Positions 50,150 through 62,044 of a stretch of 64,000 bases of DNA are shown here, one piece after another. Both the position numbers and the translations under genes were made by a program. Numbering within the stretch: the stretch's first letter is position 1; the number at the start of each line of letters is the position of its first letter. The notes under the pieces are model-generated. The model searched no databases, was not told the origin of the DNA, and worked only from the letters and a program-made list of their open reading frames with translations. Origin of the DNA: Chiloscyllium plagiosum (lineage: Eukaryota); the NCBI RefSeq assembly GCF_004010195.1, contig NC_057750.1, positions 1,097,768-1,161,767 of the forward strand. Direction: 5' to 3'.

Positions 50150-50702
50150 TTAAAGACTCTACCAATACTGACTAACCAAACACCCCAATGAATGTCAAAA
50201 TGCAGGGCTAGCCAGGGCACTCGGAATAAAGGGGGAATTCCAAACAGCAACAAGTGGTTCAGGATTGGCTGCACGTAGAGCCTGAATGGAAGCAGGACAT
50301 GGTGGAGGGAGCCAATCTGATGTGAGGAGATGGTGTGCTCTCTGAAGTATGTTCTGCAGGCTGTCAGTCCAAGATTAAAGCTGGCAGGGTTTACAGCGGT
50401 TGCTTAGACTTCAGGGGAACCTGGCAGCTGAAGGGAGTCAGTTAGTTTCAGGAAGGTCCCTTTGTAGCACTGCTCATGGGCTACGAGGAAGCGAGAGTCC
50501 TTCCTTAGCCCCCATCACATCCCCTTTGTCAATCAGAGCCTTTTCATACAAAGAGTCCCCCTACCTCACTTTAACTTTTACAGAATGAGGGAGCAATCCG
50601 TCCGTTGTTGTGGGCCTTTCGGGAGGTGGGGAGAGGGTTGTGAAATATTCAGACCATTCGCCACAAATTTATACTGCCCTGCTCCTGCTCTGGGTCCTCA
50701 CA

Positions 50703-51050
50703 GGTGGCATGGTGGCTCAGTGGTTAGCACTGCTGCCTCACAGCACCAGGGACCCAGGTTTGATTCCACCCTCAGGGGACTGTGCAAACTCCATACTGAC
50801 ATTCTTCCCGTGTCTATGTGGGTTTCTTCTGAGTGCTCCAGTTTCCACCCACAATCCAAAGGTGTGCAGGTTAGTGTGGATTGATCATGGGAAATTGCCC
50901 ATAGTGTTCAGGGATGTGCAGGCTTGGTGCATTAGTTAGGGGTAAATGTAGAGTAATAGGGTAGGGGAATGGATGTGAGTGGGTCACCCTTTGGAGGGTC
51001 AGTGTAGACGTGTTGGGCTGAATGGCCTGCTTCCACACTGTAGGGATTTG
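50703..51050 (+). mobile_element. HE1-type SINE
   Basis: ggtggcatggtggctcagtggttagcactgctgcctcacagc..ccacactgtagggat. Confidence 0.88.
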
Positions 51051-51583
51051 AAGTTCCAAGATAAGTGCACTGCTGTGACTAGACGCTGAGCTGGCCAATC
51101 AGGCTGTGCAACCTCCCCGTACAAGATGCTGCCTAGACTGACTGATGCATCCTCCCCTTCTCCTTCTTGTCTGACTGGTCCTTGCTAATAACATGACCAG
51201 TCCACTCAAAACTGCTGTCTTATTTAAACCGAGAGTTCCATTATTGATTGTTAAGACTCTTGACCATCACAGCTGTGTGAGAGAGCAAGGGCACCTTGAC
51301 CTTGCAAGAGTAGGAGCTATAGATAAGCTGATCCGTTTGATAGATATGTGCATCTCTGAGAAATTAAACCTGAGCTTGTTCCCATCCCTGTAACAGGTCA
51401 CAGGGCACCCCAGAACTCGACACCAACAGCTCCACTAAGAGGAGGTTTTAGACAGGGGGTGGGGGTGAGGGGTTGACAGTTTAAGATGTGCGGTGCCTCA
51501 TCCAGTTGAGATATCACAAGTTAGGAAGGGAACTGACTCACCTTCCATCACAGTAAGATAAAAAGAGGACAAAGGAACGTGAT

Positions 51584-51926
51584 CTAACCTTAACCCTGAC
51601 CCGAACCTTAATCTTTATTATAACCTTAACTTCAACCCCCAACCCCAAACCCTAACCCTAGCCTTATTCTTAACCTTAATCACAACCCCTAACCCCAACT
51701 CCCAACCATAACCCTAATCTTAACCTTAACTCCAACACCTTAACCCCAACTCCAACCCCTGACCCTAACCCTAACTCCAAACCTAACCCAATCCTAAGCC
51801 AACCTTAACCCCAACCCCTAACCCCAACAACCTAACCCCAACCCTTAACCCTAACCCCAATCTTAACCCCTAAACCCAAACCCAACCCCAATCCCTGACC
51901 CTAATGTCTAACCCTAACCCCTAAAC
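51584..51926. repeat. Degenerate interstitial telomere-like (CCCTAA)n array
   Basis: About 340 bp of ccctaa/ccccaa/ccttaa/ctccaa hexamers. Confidence 0.9.
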
Positions 51927-53344
51927 TAAAATCCTGGCCATTGGTGACACAGTTTAATAAAAGCAGGAAAAGCCTTTGCAAATTTAACAGAGGGTTTCAG
52001 GACATAGATCCATCAATGATTGGTCCTTACCGATGGTACTAAGAGATGGAATGCAGAGAAGCATTTTTAATGGATTTCCATTTAATGAAATTCAATTTAT
52101 GGATTTTACTATTTCCCTCCTCTTCTAGACTTTCCTGTTTGATGATAAACTGCATTTGTATGGAAATACAGATGTACACCAACATCCAGTAATGGGGAGA
52201 TAGATAAACGGAACGATCATAATTTTTCTCTCTGTCCATTTGGTGGAGAGCAATTGATGATGTTACAGCCATGGAGATTGAAAGTTCTGTTGTTCTGCTC
52301 TGACATTTCATTGCTTTCAAAGGTAAAACTAACACAGTCGATCAAATATTCCACTAAATATCTTGTCAGCATTGTGAAATATTTATGTATCAGATTTGAG
52401 GGAACTGGAAATTGTGGATTTAATAGTACAACATGGATTAGCATTTTGAATCTCAAACAAATGGATTGGAAAGTCCAAACTTTTTAACACAGAAGAGGGG
52501 AGAAATCTATCTGCTTCTGAAGGGGCGCTATTTGCTTAGATCATGTCAAGACGGTGGAAAATGGGAAGAGTTTGTTGTTGTACACATTCCAACATATACG
52601 GCAGGTATATCATCTTAAATGCTTCTTCACCTGCCTGTTTTTGCATGTCATCCAGAGATGGGTAAAGAGTCAGAGTTCAGGAATTCTTGGTGCTCAGGTA
52701 TTTTAAGGTGGTTTTACTCCAGAACACATGTCGATAACCTGAGGTAAGAAATGTAAGGACAAGAGAAGTCCATTTCAGCCCCCCACCCATGGTCTGTTCA
52801 ATCATTCAGCTCGATCAGAAGACCATAAAGCCCAGGAATGGAAGTAGACCATTTAACCCATCAAGTCTGAGCAAGGCTGATCTGATAATCCTCAACCACG
52901 CTCTTCCTGACTTTTCTGTGGCTGATCATTGACATCAACGCCAATATTCCCACATTATCTCCATATCCCTTGTTGCCATTAGCATCTACAGATCTATTGA
53001 TCTCTGTTTTGAACTTACTCAATGACAGCTCTCTGGACCAAGGAATTCCAAAGATTCACCACCCCCTGAGTGAGGAAGTCTGTCTTCATTCCAGTTTTAA
53101 ACGGTTTGCCTTTTCTTCTGAGACAGTGACCCTGATTCTGTTTGAGTCCTTGGCCCTTCTAGTAGTGCAGTCAGTGTTTCTTTGACCAGATTGATGTGAA
53201 CAAAGCTATAACGTCAAAGGACCCATTATTTCATCCTCTTCTATCTTGGTGTATTTGAGGATGTCCAGGAATTCCTGGGTGGAGTGGATGGAGTGGTATG
53301 ACTCGCCTACTAGGTATTTCAGTTTGCGGTGGAGTTCCTTTGGC

Positions 53345-54608
53345 TAGGGGAACCAAGGACACAAACACCAGACAGCACCAACTTCATCAGCAAGGACAGC
53401 ATCCTCAAGCTATTGGACCTGTGCCTCTCTACCCACTTCACATTCAATAGCAAGTCTTACAAACAAATTAACGGGACAATCATTGGGATCACCAATATCA
53501 GTGTACCTAGAGGAAGCAGTAATTCAGAGACTGGAGCAAGCTGCCCTCTCATCTATCCAACCCAAACTCTGAGTGCGTCACCTGGATGACACCTTTGTCA
53601 TCACAAAACAGAACAAATTACAGGAAACCGACGGCACCAACGTCCTCACTGGCACAACATTCACAAAAGGGGAGGAGAATAACAACAGACTCCCCTTCCT
53701 AGATATCACAGCAAAGTGAACAGTTAATGGAGAACTTCAAACCTGCGTCTACAGGAAAGCAACACACGATGACCAGATACTTAACTACAGAAGCAATCAT
53801 CCCAACACCCACAAATGGACCTGCATCAGCACATTATTTAAACAGGCCACAACACACTGCAGCACCCAGGAACTATGAGCAGCAGAAGAAAAATACCTAT
53901 ACAGCGTATTCAGGAGAAACGGGTAACCAATAAACACAGTCCACTGATTTCTCAATAACAAACCCAAACAAGTAGACACAATGCTTCCAGAAACTCTAGC
54001 CACATTACCATATATCAAAGACAGCTCTGAAATGACTTCCAGACTGCTCAGACCCCTTGGTATCATGGTAGCCCACAAACCTACCAACACACTAAAACAG
54101 CTAGTGATGAACCTAAAGGATCCAATACAAGCAACCAGCAAAACTAACGTAATTTACAAAATACTATGCAAGGACTGTAACAAACACGACATTAGACAAA
54201 CAGACAGAAAACTAGCCACCAAGATACACAAACGCCAACTAGCCACAAAAAGACATGACCCATTATCACTAGTATCCTCACATATAGACAATGAAGGACA
54301 CCACTTTGACTGGGACAACACATCCACCCTAGGACAAGCCAAACAGAGACATGCACAAGAATTCCTTAAGGCCTGGCATTCTAACCAGAGCTTCATCAAT
54401 AAACACATTGATTTGGATTCCATCTACCATCCTCTGAGAAAAAGAACCGTAAATGATATCACTCACCTTAAAAACCCAAGACACATAAATAGAAAGTGGG
54501 ACATAACACCAACACTTCACTGGAGGCTCACTGATGATGTTACCCAGTACCATGACGAAACATCTAACAATAAACCTTCCAACTCAGCGAGCAAACTTAC
54601 AACCAGAA
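53345..54608 (+). mobile_element. Penelope/Poseidon element, 5'-truncated: RT C-terminal half, GIY-YIG endonuclease, pLTR
   Basis: ILKLLDLCLSTHFTFNSKSYKQING..VRHLDDTFVI..LPFLDI..VYRKATH..; ORF 53981-54622 LPYIKDSSE..NVIYKILCKDCNKH..GHHFDWDNT..FLKAWHS..INKHIDL; in-frame stops present. Confidence 0.92.
54529..54566 (+). ncRNA. Hammerhead ribozyme motif in the Poseidon pLTR (helix II decayed)
   Basis: ca-CTGATGA-T-GTTAcccagtaccaTGAC-GAAA-C-ATC. Confidence 0.6.
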
Positions 54609-54614
54609 TTTTTC

Positions 54615-54950
54615 TTTTTTAATATTCATGTACAGGATGAGTAATTCTTGGCTAGGCCAGCATTAATTACCTAGAGGGCAGTTAAGAGTTAACCACAGTG
54701 CCGTGGGTCTGGAGTCACATGTAGACTACACCAGGTAAGGATGACAGTTTCTTTCCCTGAAGGACATTAGTGACCCAGATGGGTTTCTTGATAATGGATT
54801 CATGGTCATTATTAGACTCTTCATTCCAGATCTATACTGAATTCAAACTCCAACATCAGCTGTGGCAGGATTCAAACACAAGATCTCACGACATTAGCTG
54901 GTCTTGCTGCATCAGCAGTGCAGCAATAATGCCGCTAGGCCATCATGTCC
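54615..54950 (-). mobile_element. Second-family tRNA SINE
   Basis: Reverse complement of the 56045-56380 type (gtgggtctggagtcacatgtagac..ccaggtaagga). Confidence 0.8.
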
Positions 54951-56044
54951 CCCTGAGGATTTACCTCAGAGCGTCAGATGCTCAGTAGGTAAATGCCTTG
55001 GATCATGAGGATGTCCAATGGGGACAGATTAAATAATATGGGCTTGTTATCACTGAGTCAGGAAGGTGATCGAAATATATATTGATTTTCTTGACTGGGT
55101 GGATGTTGAAAGTCTGTAACGATGGGTTACAACCTCATGATGGGGACCAGCCACTTAACAGTGAGACAAAGAGAAACTTCTTTCTTTGACTCAATGGGTT
55201 AAGAATTTCTGGAAGTTTCTTCCCTATGACAAGTTGCGTGTAAGTGGAGGAAGAAAACCAGAAAAGGACATTTCAGGTTGTCCCATGTGATACTGACATC
55301 AGTCTGTATTTATGAACAAAACAGGAAGATCTTTGAACTTATACCATTGAATAATGCTCATCCCATTCAGTGATATTAAATATTTGAACATTGCATTAAA
55401 TTCTCATGAAATATTCTTTTTGGGAGTTGCAATTTCTGCCAGGTTCTTAATGAATCTTTCACACTCCTGTTCCTACGCTAAAATGTGAAAATATTGGTTG
55501 GAATAATTTTAATCCATTTGCACTTTTTATCATGAACTATTTGTTGAAATTTTGCAAACCTACCTGAATGAAAAATGTGCCTTCATTTCGATAGCTAAAT
55601 CAGAATTACGTTCGCAAAAAATGTTAAAAAGAGCTTGTCTCTGCCAGTACTGAAACACAAAATTAGAAAATGATACTGCAGAAAAACAGGCCATTCAACC
55701 CATTATGAATTGCTGGCTTATTAAAAGAACTGCCTGAAGTTTCCCACAGCCCTGAAACATAGCTGTTTAATGATGTATCCAATTCCCTTTCTGAAATGTG
55801 TTATTGCATCTGCTTCCACTGTCCTTTCAGGCAGCACATTCCGGATCACAGCAATTTGCTCCATGATAAAAAAAACTCCCTTCAGGTTAATAAAGAAAAC
55901 GGGAGCACAAATAGGCCATTCGGCCTTTTCAGTCTGCTCCACCATCCAAAAGGATCACGGCTGACCACCCAACTCAGTCCTGTGTTCCTGCCTTCACCCC
56001 AGGCTCCTTGATCCTTTTAGCACTAAGAACGATATCTAGCGGGG

Positions 56045-56380
56045 GGGAGGTGATGACCTAGCGGTGCTTTTATCGGACTGTTAATCCAGGGACCCAGGTT
56101 TGAATCCTGCCATGGCAGATGGCGGAATTTGAATTCAATAAAGATTTGGAATTACGAGTCTAACGATGACCACAAATCCATTGCCAATTGTCTGAAAAAT
56201 CTTTAATGGTCATTAATGTCCTTCAGGGAAGGAAACTGCCATCCTTACCTGGTCTGGCCTACATGTGACTCCAGACCCACAACAATGTGGTTGACTGTTA
56301 ACTGCCCTCTGGGCAATTAGGTGTGGGCAGTAAATGCTGAGCCAATAAGCGATGTCCTCATCCTGTGAGTGAATTTAAAA
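56045..56380 (+). mobile_element. Second-family tRNA SINE, full length
   Basis: gacctagcgg..gacccaggtttgaatcc (B box)..gggaaggaaactgccatccttacctggtctggcctacatgtgactccagaccc..gggcagtaaatgctg. Confidence 0.85.
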
Positions 56381-56687
56381 ACGTTCTTTCTTGGAGACAT
56401 TTTAACGTCAGTGGATGCTATGAGGAGCAGAACAGCCAAAGCTCTGTAAGACAGTCATTAATGGTAGGCTAGGTCAGGCCTGTTCTCCCTGAAGGAGTCA
56501 CTCAGTGGCGCTGATGTCTGACTCCTGGCTTGTTGTATTCTCATCCTCAACACTCTCCTCCATTCCATCTCCCTGCAGACATTCCAATTCAGAAACCTGA
56601 GCTTTCAGCGCTAGACTTTTGTTAGTATTCCCCTTTCTGAGTCAGGAGCTTGTAAATTCATGCCCTAATCTACAGGACTTTAGACAT

Positions 56688-56843
56688 AGGCAAAACTGAG
56701 GACTGCAGGTGCTGGAAACCAGAGTTTAGATCAGACTGGTGCTGGAAAAGCCCAGCAGGTCAGGCAGCATCCGAGGAGCAGGAAAATCGACGTTTCAGGC
56801 AAAAACCCTTCTTCAGGAATAGAGTTTTTTAGGAATAGAGGAA
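56688..56843 (-). mobile_element. Solo PLE pLTR with hammerhead motif and 9-bp TSD, inserted in a decayed Deu-type SINE
   Basis: Minus strand CTGAAGA-AGGGtttttGCCT-GAAAC-GTC; TSD tttagacat at 56679-56687 and 56844-56852. Confidence 0.8.
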
Positions 56844-58396
56844 TTTAGACATCTCCACCTGTGCAGCACTGAGAGAGTGCTGCAGCGTCAGAGATACCTT
56901 CGGTAGAATTAGCCGTAAGCTGAACTCTGTCAGCAATCCCTCTCTCATGGACAGAGACTATCAGATGCCACAATAGTGAGGGTGAGCAGCTGAGTTCTTC
57001 CCTCATTCTCTCTCCACCATCGAATCAGCACCTTCACTATTTGTTCTACTCGTTGCTACTCCCCTCTTTGTCAACCACCAGTTACCATCATAGAATCACA
57101 GAATCCCTACAGTGTGGTAGCAGGTCATTTGGCCCATCGAGTCCACACCAACCCTCCGAAGAGCATCCCACCCAGACCCAGCCCCTACCCTATCCCTGTA
57201 ACCCTACATTTCCCATGGCTAACCCACCTTGCCTGCACCAACCCCCTGCAGTTCTGAGAAGCATCACATCTGACTTGAAACATTAACTCTGGTCCTCTCA
57301 CCTACGCCGACTGACAGAGCCTCTGAGCTTATCCACTCTTTGCTGGTTTTGTTTCAGATTATCAACTCTCTAGCTTTCATTAAAATATTATTCCGTGGCT
57401 GGTCTATGGTATTTTGCTGTGTGGTAGTTCACCACCGAGCTTCCTCTATTAAACCAGCTCAAACATACAAGGTCTTCATCAGCTGTAAGTGTTTACAGGG
57501 TGTCCTGAGGTTGAGAAAGGGCACAACTTAAAAAGCATATTTTCTTCTTCAGATGCAGCCCAGTGATAGAACCTGCAACATCTTTTTGGGTACAAACGTG
57601 TAACTAATTAGTTATCCTTTCCCTACTTTGCTCAATATACCTGCTGGGAAAACAGAGGAAACAGTGGGGAAGGGGAAGGATATCTGACAGAGAGGGCCGA
57701 AACCCTCAGGTAGATTTGTACCGTTAATATTATTATTTCAAAGACATCAATAGACTACAGATTGCCAGCAGACTGTGGCACAAGAGGGAATAGCAAGTCC
57801 TAAATAATTCCAGATTTTTATTTTTTTTTGTCCTTCTTCACTGCTACAGGCCAGCCAGTGGGGAGGTTGCCACAAAAAAATATAATTAATCAGTGCATCA
57901 TAAATATTTCTTCTGTATTTCAAAGCGAGTTCAGGATGAATACAGCCACAGCCTGGAAGGTCACACTGAAATCAATGTTTCCCATTTGCCTTCCTGAGAC
58001 CACCTCCTGTATGAGTCCATTCGGGCCGTCTGAGAGTCCCATGAAGTTGTCCTCTGGGAGTGGGCACTGAGAAACCAGGGAACTGCAGCCCAATGTCATT
58101 GACTACACAATAATGACCATTTCACACTGGTTTCACATTGACAGTGACTATCATGTCTGCCTTTGCTTCTGTTATTAATGACTCCTATTGATTTTTCATG
58201 ACCAGTGGAGGCCAAGAAGAGACCGTTCAACCACACTGCCCTTTGGCCCAACATTTCAACTCCCCCTCCCACTCTGCTGAGGACATGGAGGTCCTGGGCC
58301 TCCTTCACCGCCGCTCCCACACCACCAGACGCCTGAAGGAAGAACGCCTCATCTTCCGCCTCGGAACACTTCAACCCCAGGGCATCAATGTGGACT

Positions 58397-58406
58397 NNNN
58401 NNNNNN
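58397..58406. other. Assembly gap (10 N)
   Basis: Run of N. Confidence 1.
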
Positions 58407-58451
58407 TCCTCTAGCTTATCTCTCCACGCTTCAGGCTCTCTGCTTTTATTC

Positions 58452-58479
58452 CTGATGAAGGGCTTTTGCCCGAAACGTC
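58452..58479 (+). ncRNA. Minimal type I hammerhead ribozyme motif, intact core
   Basis: CTGATGA-A-GGGC-TTTT-GCCC-GAAA-C-GTC. Confidence 0.8.
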
Positions 58480-58697
58480 GATTTTCCTGCTCCTCGGATG
58501 CTGCCTGAACTGCTGTGCTCTTCCAGCACCACTAATCCAGAATCTGGTTTCCAGCATCTGCAGTCATTGTTTTTACCTAGGTTAGCATTAGACCCGGTCT
58601 TGGCTGAGCACAGAAGCTGCTAATGCCATACTCTCCCTGGCATTGCCCACAGGATACATTTGTTTTTTTTTAAGGAAGCAGGTCATGCCAAGGAACA

Positions 58698-58881
58698 ATA
58701 GGAGAAAGTGAGGACTGTAGATGCTGGAGCTCAGAGTCGAGAGAGTGGTGCTGGAAAAGCACAGCAGGTCAGGCAGCATCCGAGGAGCAGAAAAATCGAC
58801 ATGTCAGGTATAAGCCCTTCATCAGGAATGAATCCTGCTCCTCAGATGCTGTCTGATTGGCTGTGCTTTTCCAGCATCACA
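58698..58881. mobile_element. Fold-back PLE pLTR mini-insertion with 14-bp TSD
   Basis: Minus-strand pLTR 58700-58830, then inverted arm 58833-58880; TSD catgccaaggaaca at 58684-58697 and 58882-58895. Confidence 0.88.
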
Positions 58882-59229
58882 CATGCCAAGGAACACAACA
58901 ATGTTGGTCTACAGAAACTGACTGAACATAACCTACACCTTAAACACAGCCCAGTGCTAGTGCATTAGCTAATTATATCTACAGAGCATGGTACAGCCAT
59001 ACTGACAAGGGTCAGCAAGAGGCCATTCAGCCTTTCAAACCCCACTCTGCTATTCAGTAAGATCATGGCTGCAACTTTAAATCCACATTCTCACTGACCT
59101 TTTTTCATCCTTTCACTACCTCCTCCCTGCTCCCCCCCTCGCCTTGCTCAACAAGAATCAATGTATCTCATAAATATTGAAGGACCGAGAGTTGGAGAGA
59201 TTTAGACAGAGAGAAATGTAGGGCCCAGG

Positions 59230-59560
59230 AACCAACAGAACTGTATTCAACTCCAACCCAGAGCCTGACATATCCCCCGCTCTACTGTTACCGTCCAGCC
59301 AGGGGGTCAACCCTGGTTCAATGGAGAGTACAGGAGGGCATGCCAGCAGCAGCACCAGGCATACCTGAAGATGACGTGCCAACCCCAGTGAAGCTACCAA
59401 AGAGGACTACTTGCGTACCAAACAATGAAGGCAGCAAGTGATAGACAGGGCTGACTCTATAACCAACCAATCAGATCTGAGCTCTGCATCCTGCCACATC
59501 TAGTCAGGAATGATGGCGCACTATTCAACACCTCACCTGGAGGAGGAAGCTCCACAGATA
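59230..59560 (+). mobile_element. Internal fragment of a non-LTR retrotransposon ORF2 (EN-RT linker)
   Basis: ..QPGGQPWFNGEYRRACQQQHQAYLKM.. (PWF motif). Confidence 0.55.
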
Positions 59561-59924
59561 GGAATCTTTGGGATTCTCTCCCTGACAACAGGCTGGAAAC
59601 AGAGTTTAAGGCAGAGGTGGAGCGATTCTTGTTCAGCAAGGGGAGGGGATTTGGTGAAAGATTATTGGTGGTAGGTGAGAGCATGGATTTGTGGTTACAA
59701 AATGAACTGTGATCTCATTGAAGAGTGCAGCAGACTCAAAGGGGAAGAATGGCCTCCAGCTGCTCCAAAGGTATAAGTTTGGAGCAAAAGGCAGAATAAT
59801 TAAGGATGCTCCCGAAAGAAGAACAGGGGAAATGCAGGTTACCTTTGGAGGGTTACGCCGGAGAAAGTGACTGTGGAAGGGAGAAGGATTTTGGATAATC
59901 TCTGGTGTAAACCTTCATCAAGAA

Positions 59925-60262
59925 GGCAACGCCTCGTGGTATTATTGCTGGACTATTAACCCAGTGACCCAAGTAATGTTCTGGGGACCCAGGTTTGAAT
60001 CCTGTCACAGAATTTGAATTCATTAAAGGTCTGAAATGAAGAGTTAACGATGCCCCTGAATCCATTGTCATTTGTTGGATAAACCCACCTGGGTGACTGA
60101 TGTTCTTTAAGGAAGGAAACTGCCATCTTTACCTGGTCTGGATCACATGTGACTCCAGACCCACAGCAATGTGGCTGACTCTTAACTGCCGTCTGGGCAA
60201 TTAGGGATGGGCAATAAATGCTGGCCTAGTCAGAAATGCCCTTATCGCATGAATGAAATTAA
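59925..60262 (+). mobile_element. Second-family tRNA SINE, full length
   Basis: Matches 56045-56380 and 62800-63132; ends atgaatgaaa. Confidence 0.85.
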
Positions 60263-60319
60263 ACAAATGGTTTAGAGATTGACAACTGTAGGAAGTCAGG
60301 AATAGTTTTCAATTACAAA

Positions 60320-60536
60320 CACAAACAAAAACAGAAATTGCTGGAAAAGCTCAGCAGGTCTGGCAGCATCTGTGAAGAGAAATCAGAGTGAATGTTTCGG
60401 GTTCAAGTGGCCCTTCAGAAGGGTCACGGAAACATTAACTTTGATCTCTCTCCACAGATGCTGCCAGACCTGCTGAGCTTTTCTGGCAATCTCTGTTTTT
60501 GTCTGATTTACAGCATCCGTAGTCCTTTCAGTTTTC
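60320..60536. mobile_element. Palindromic PLE-derived mini-element (same family as 14277-14516)
   Basis: Inverted arms meeting at gtggcccttcagaagggtcac (about 60407-60427); probable TSD atagttttcaat / atagtttgcaat (60302-60313, 60537-60548). Confidence 0.82.
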
Positions 60537-60696
60537 ATAGTTTGCAATGAATAAGGCTAGAGGTAATGAAGATTGGAGTTAGAGGTGACTGCCTGACTTC
60601 TCTCGTTTTTAGATTTGATTTGATAACCTTTGGTAAATGCAAAATGTGATAAGCTCCACACACGAACACCTTTCCTGTAGCAGTAGTTAGGGAGAA

Positions 60697-61011
60697 CGTT
60701 TGGATGTAGGTTTGCTCGCTGAGCTGCAAGGTTCATTTCCAGACGTTTCGTTACCTTACTAGGTAATATCTTCAGTGGACCTTAGGCGAAGCAATGCTGA
60801 AAATTCCTGTTTTCTATTTATATGTTTGGATTTCTTGTGGTGATGTTATTTCCTGTGGTGAAGTCACTTCCTGTTCCTTTTCTCAGGGGGTGATAGATGG
60901 GGTCTAACTCGATGTGTTTGTTGATAGAATGTCTGGAAATGAACCTTGCAGCTCAACGAACAAACCTACACCCAAAACTTCAACCTGAGCTAAAAATCTG
61001 CTCAAAACCCA
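60697..61011. mobile_element. Fold-back Poseidon pLTR insertion with TSD
   Basis: Minus-strand pLTR/EN end 60697-60928, inverted arm 60930-61010; TSD ttagggagaa at 60687-60696 and 61012-61021. Confidence 0.85.
60738..60779 (-). ncRNA. Hammerhead ribozyme motif (Poseidon type)
   Basis: Minus strand TCCA-CTGAAGA-TA-TTACCT-agta-AGGTAA-C-GAAA-C-GTC-TGGA; helix I TCCA/TGGA. Confidence 0.75.
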
Positions 61012-62044
61012 TTAGGGAGAAACATTTTGATTTCAGGGGTTAGTGATAAATTGGCCATGATTCAACCATGAGTCAGTTCACTTCCACTTGTTTGCACCAG
61101 ATTCTGGGACTCAAGTACCAAGATGGTCCTGTATTCCGTGAAAACTCTCCCTGAGCAACCTTCATTTAATTGGCTAACTGATCTCCTGTGATGTCACTCA
61201 CTGAGTCAAAGGCTAACCTGGGTTTGCAGTAATCTGAGCATTAGTCACAGTGTTACTGGGAAGGCATGTCAGGGAATGTATTACTTGAAACAAATGTTCA
61301 CTTGGGTGGCATCACAAAGATTTATAAGGCATTTACGATCCAGCTATGAAATTAACATGCGTTTGTATCATGCCTGTCATACTTGAGAGAACTCCTTGAC
61401 AAATCTAGGAGGAGCTAAAGGGGCAGAATGGTGTCAGGAGTCTGAACTTGAGTTCTGGAGCTGATGAGAATTTCTTGGCAAAGTAGGATGTTTGATGGGT
61501 TTACATCGACAAGGCAGAAGTAAGGTGTGAAAATGAACTTCCAGTTAAAAGGAACTTGACTTTCACAGCTTTAGTTTAGTCTGGAAAAGCTTAAGTCAAA
61601 CACAGGCAGGATGTTTACATCATTTTGTCAAGAAGTTCAGGGTCAGAACACATTAAACCATTTGATGCACTTTTTTTTATTTTGGAAACTTCTGAAGACA
61701 CAATGAGAAATTGCAATGGGTGATACCAGTGTGTGGTGATTGATAGAGAGAAGCTAAAACTGACAGCGTTAACAATCCTCAATCTCTTCGCCCTCCTCAT
61801 TATCTAGACAACGGGATTTCTGATTGACAACAGTTTTGATTCCGTGACAACGATATTCACAAAACCACACATGGCCTCCTTGATACATTTATCCTCTGAC
61901 AGAGTGGAGATGACGCCTGGGTCATTTATCTGGAGAGGAACCGCAGAAAGACCATGAATGGGAGTAGCTCAGAAGAGCAGATAGAAAGGTGAGGATAAGT
62001 CAACATTAGGTAAAGCCTGGGATTCAAAAGCCAGTGATATAATA

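Larger units (their letters stand above)
58215..58578 (+). mobile_element. Penelope-like element (probably Neptune group) 3' end: GIY-YIG C-terminus and pLTR
   Basis: LAQHFNSPSHSAEDMEVLGL..RRLKEERLIFRLGTLQPQGINVD, then pLTR. Confidence 0.88.

Noticed and set aside
53981..54622. Functional or domesticated GIY-YIG nuclease gene
   Set aside because: The catalytic YIG motif is mutated (HDIRQT), upstream RT has stops and frameshifts, and there are no splice signals; a dead Poseidon copy.
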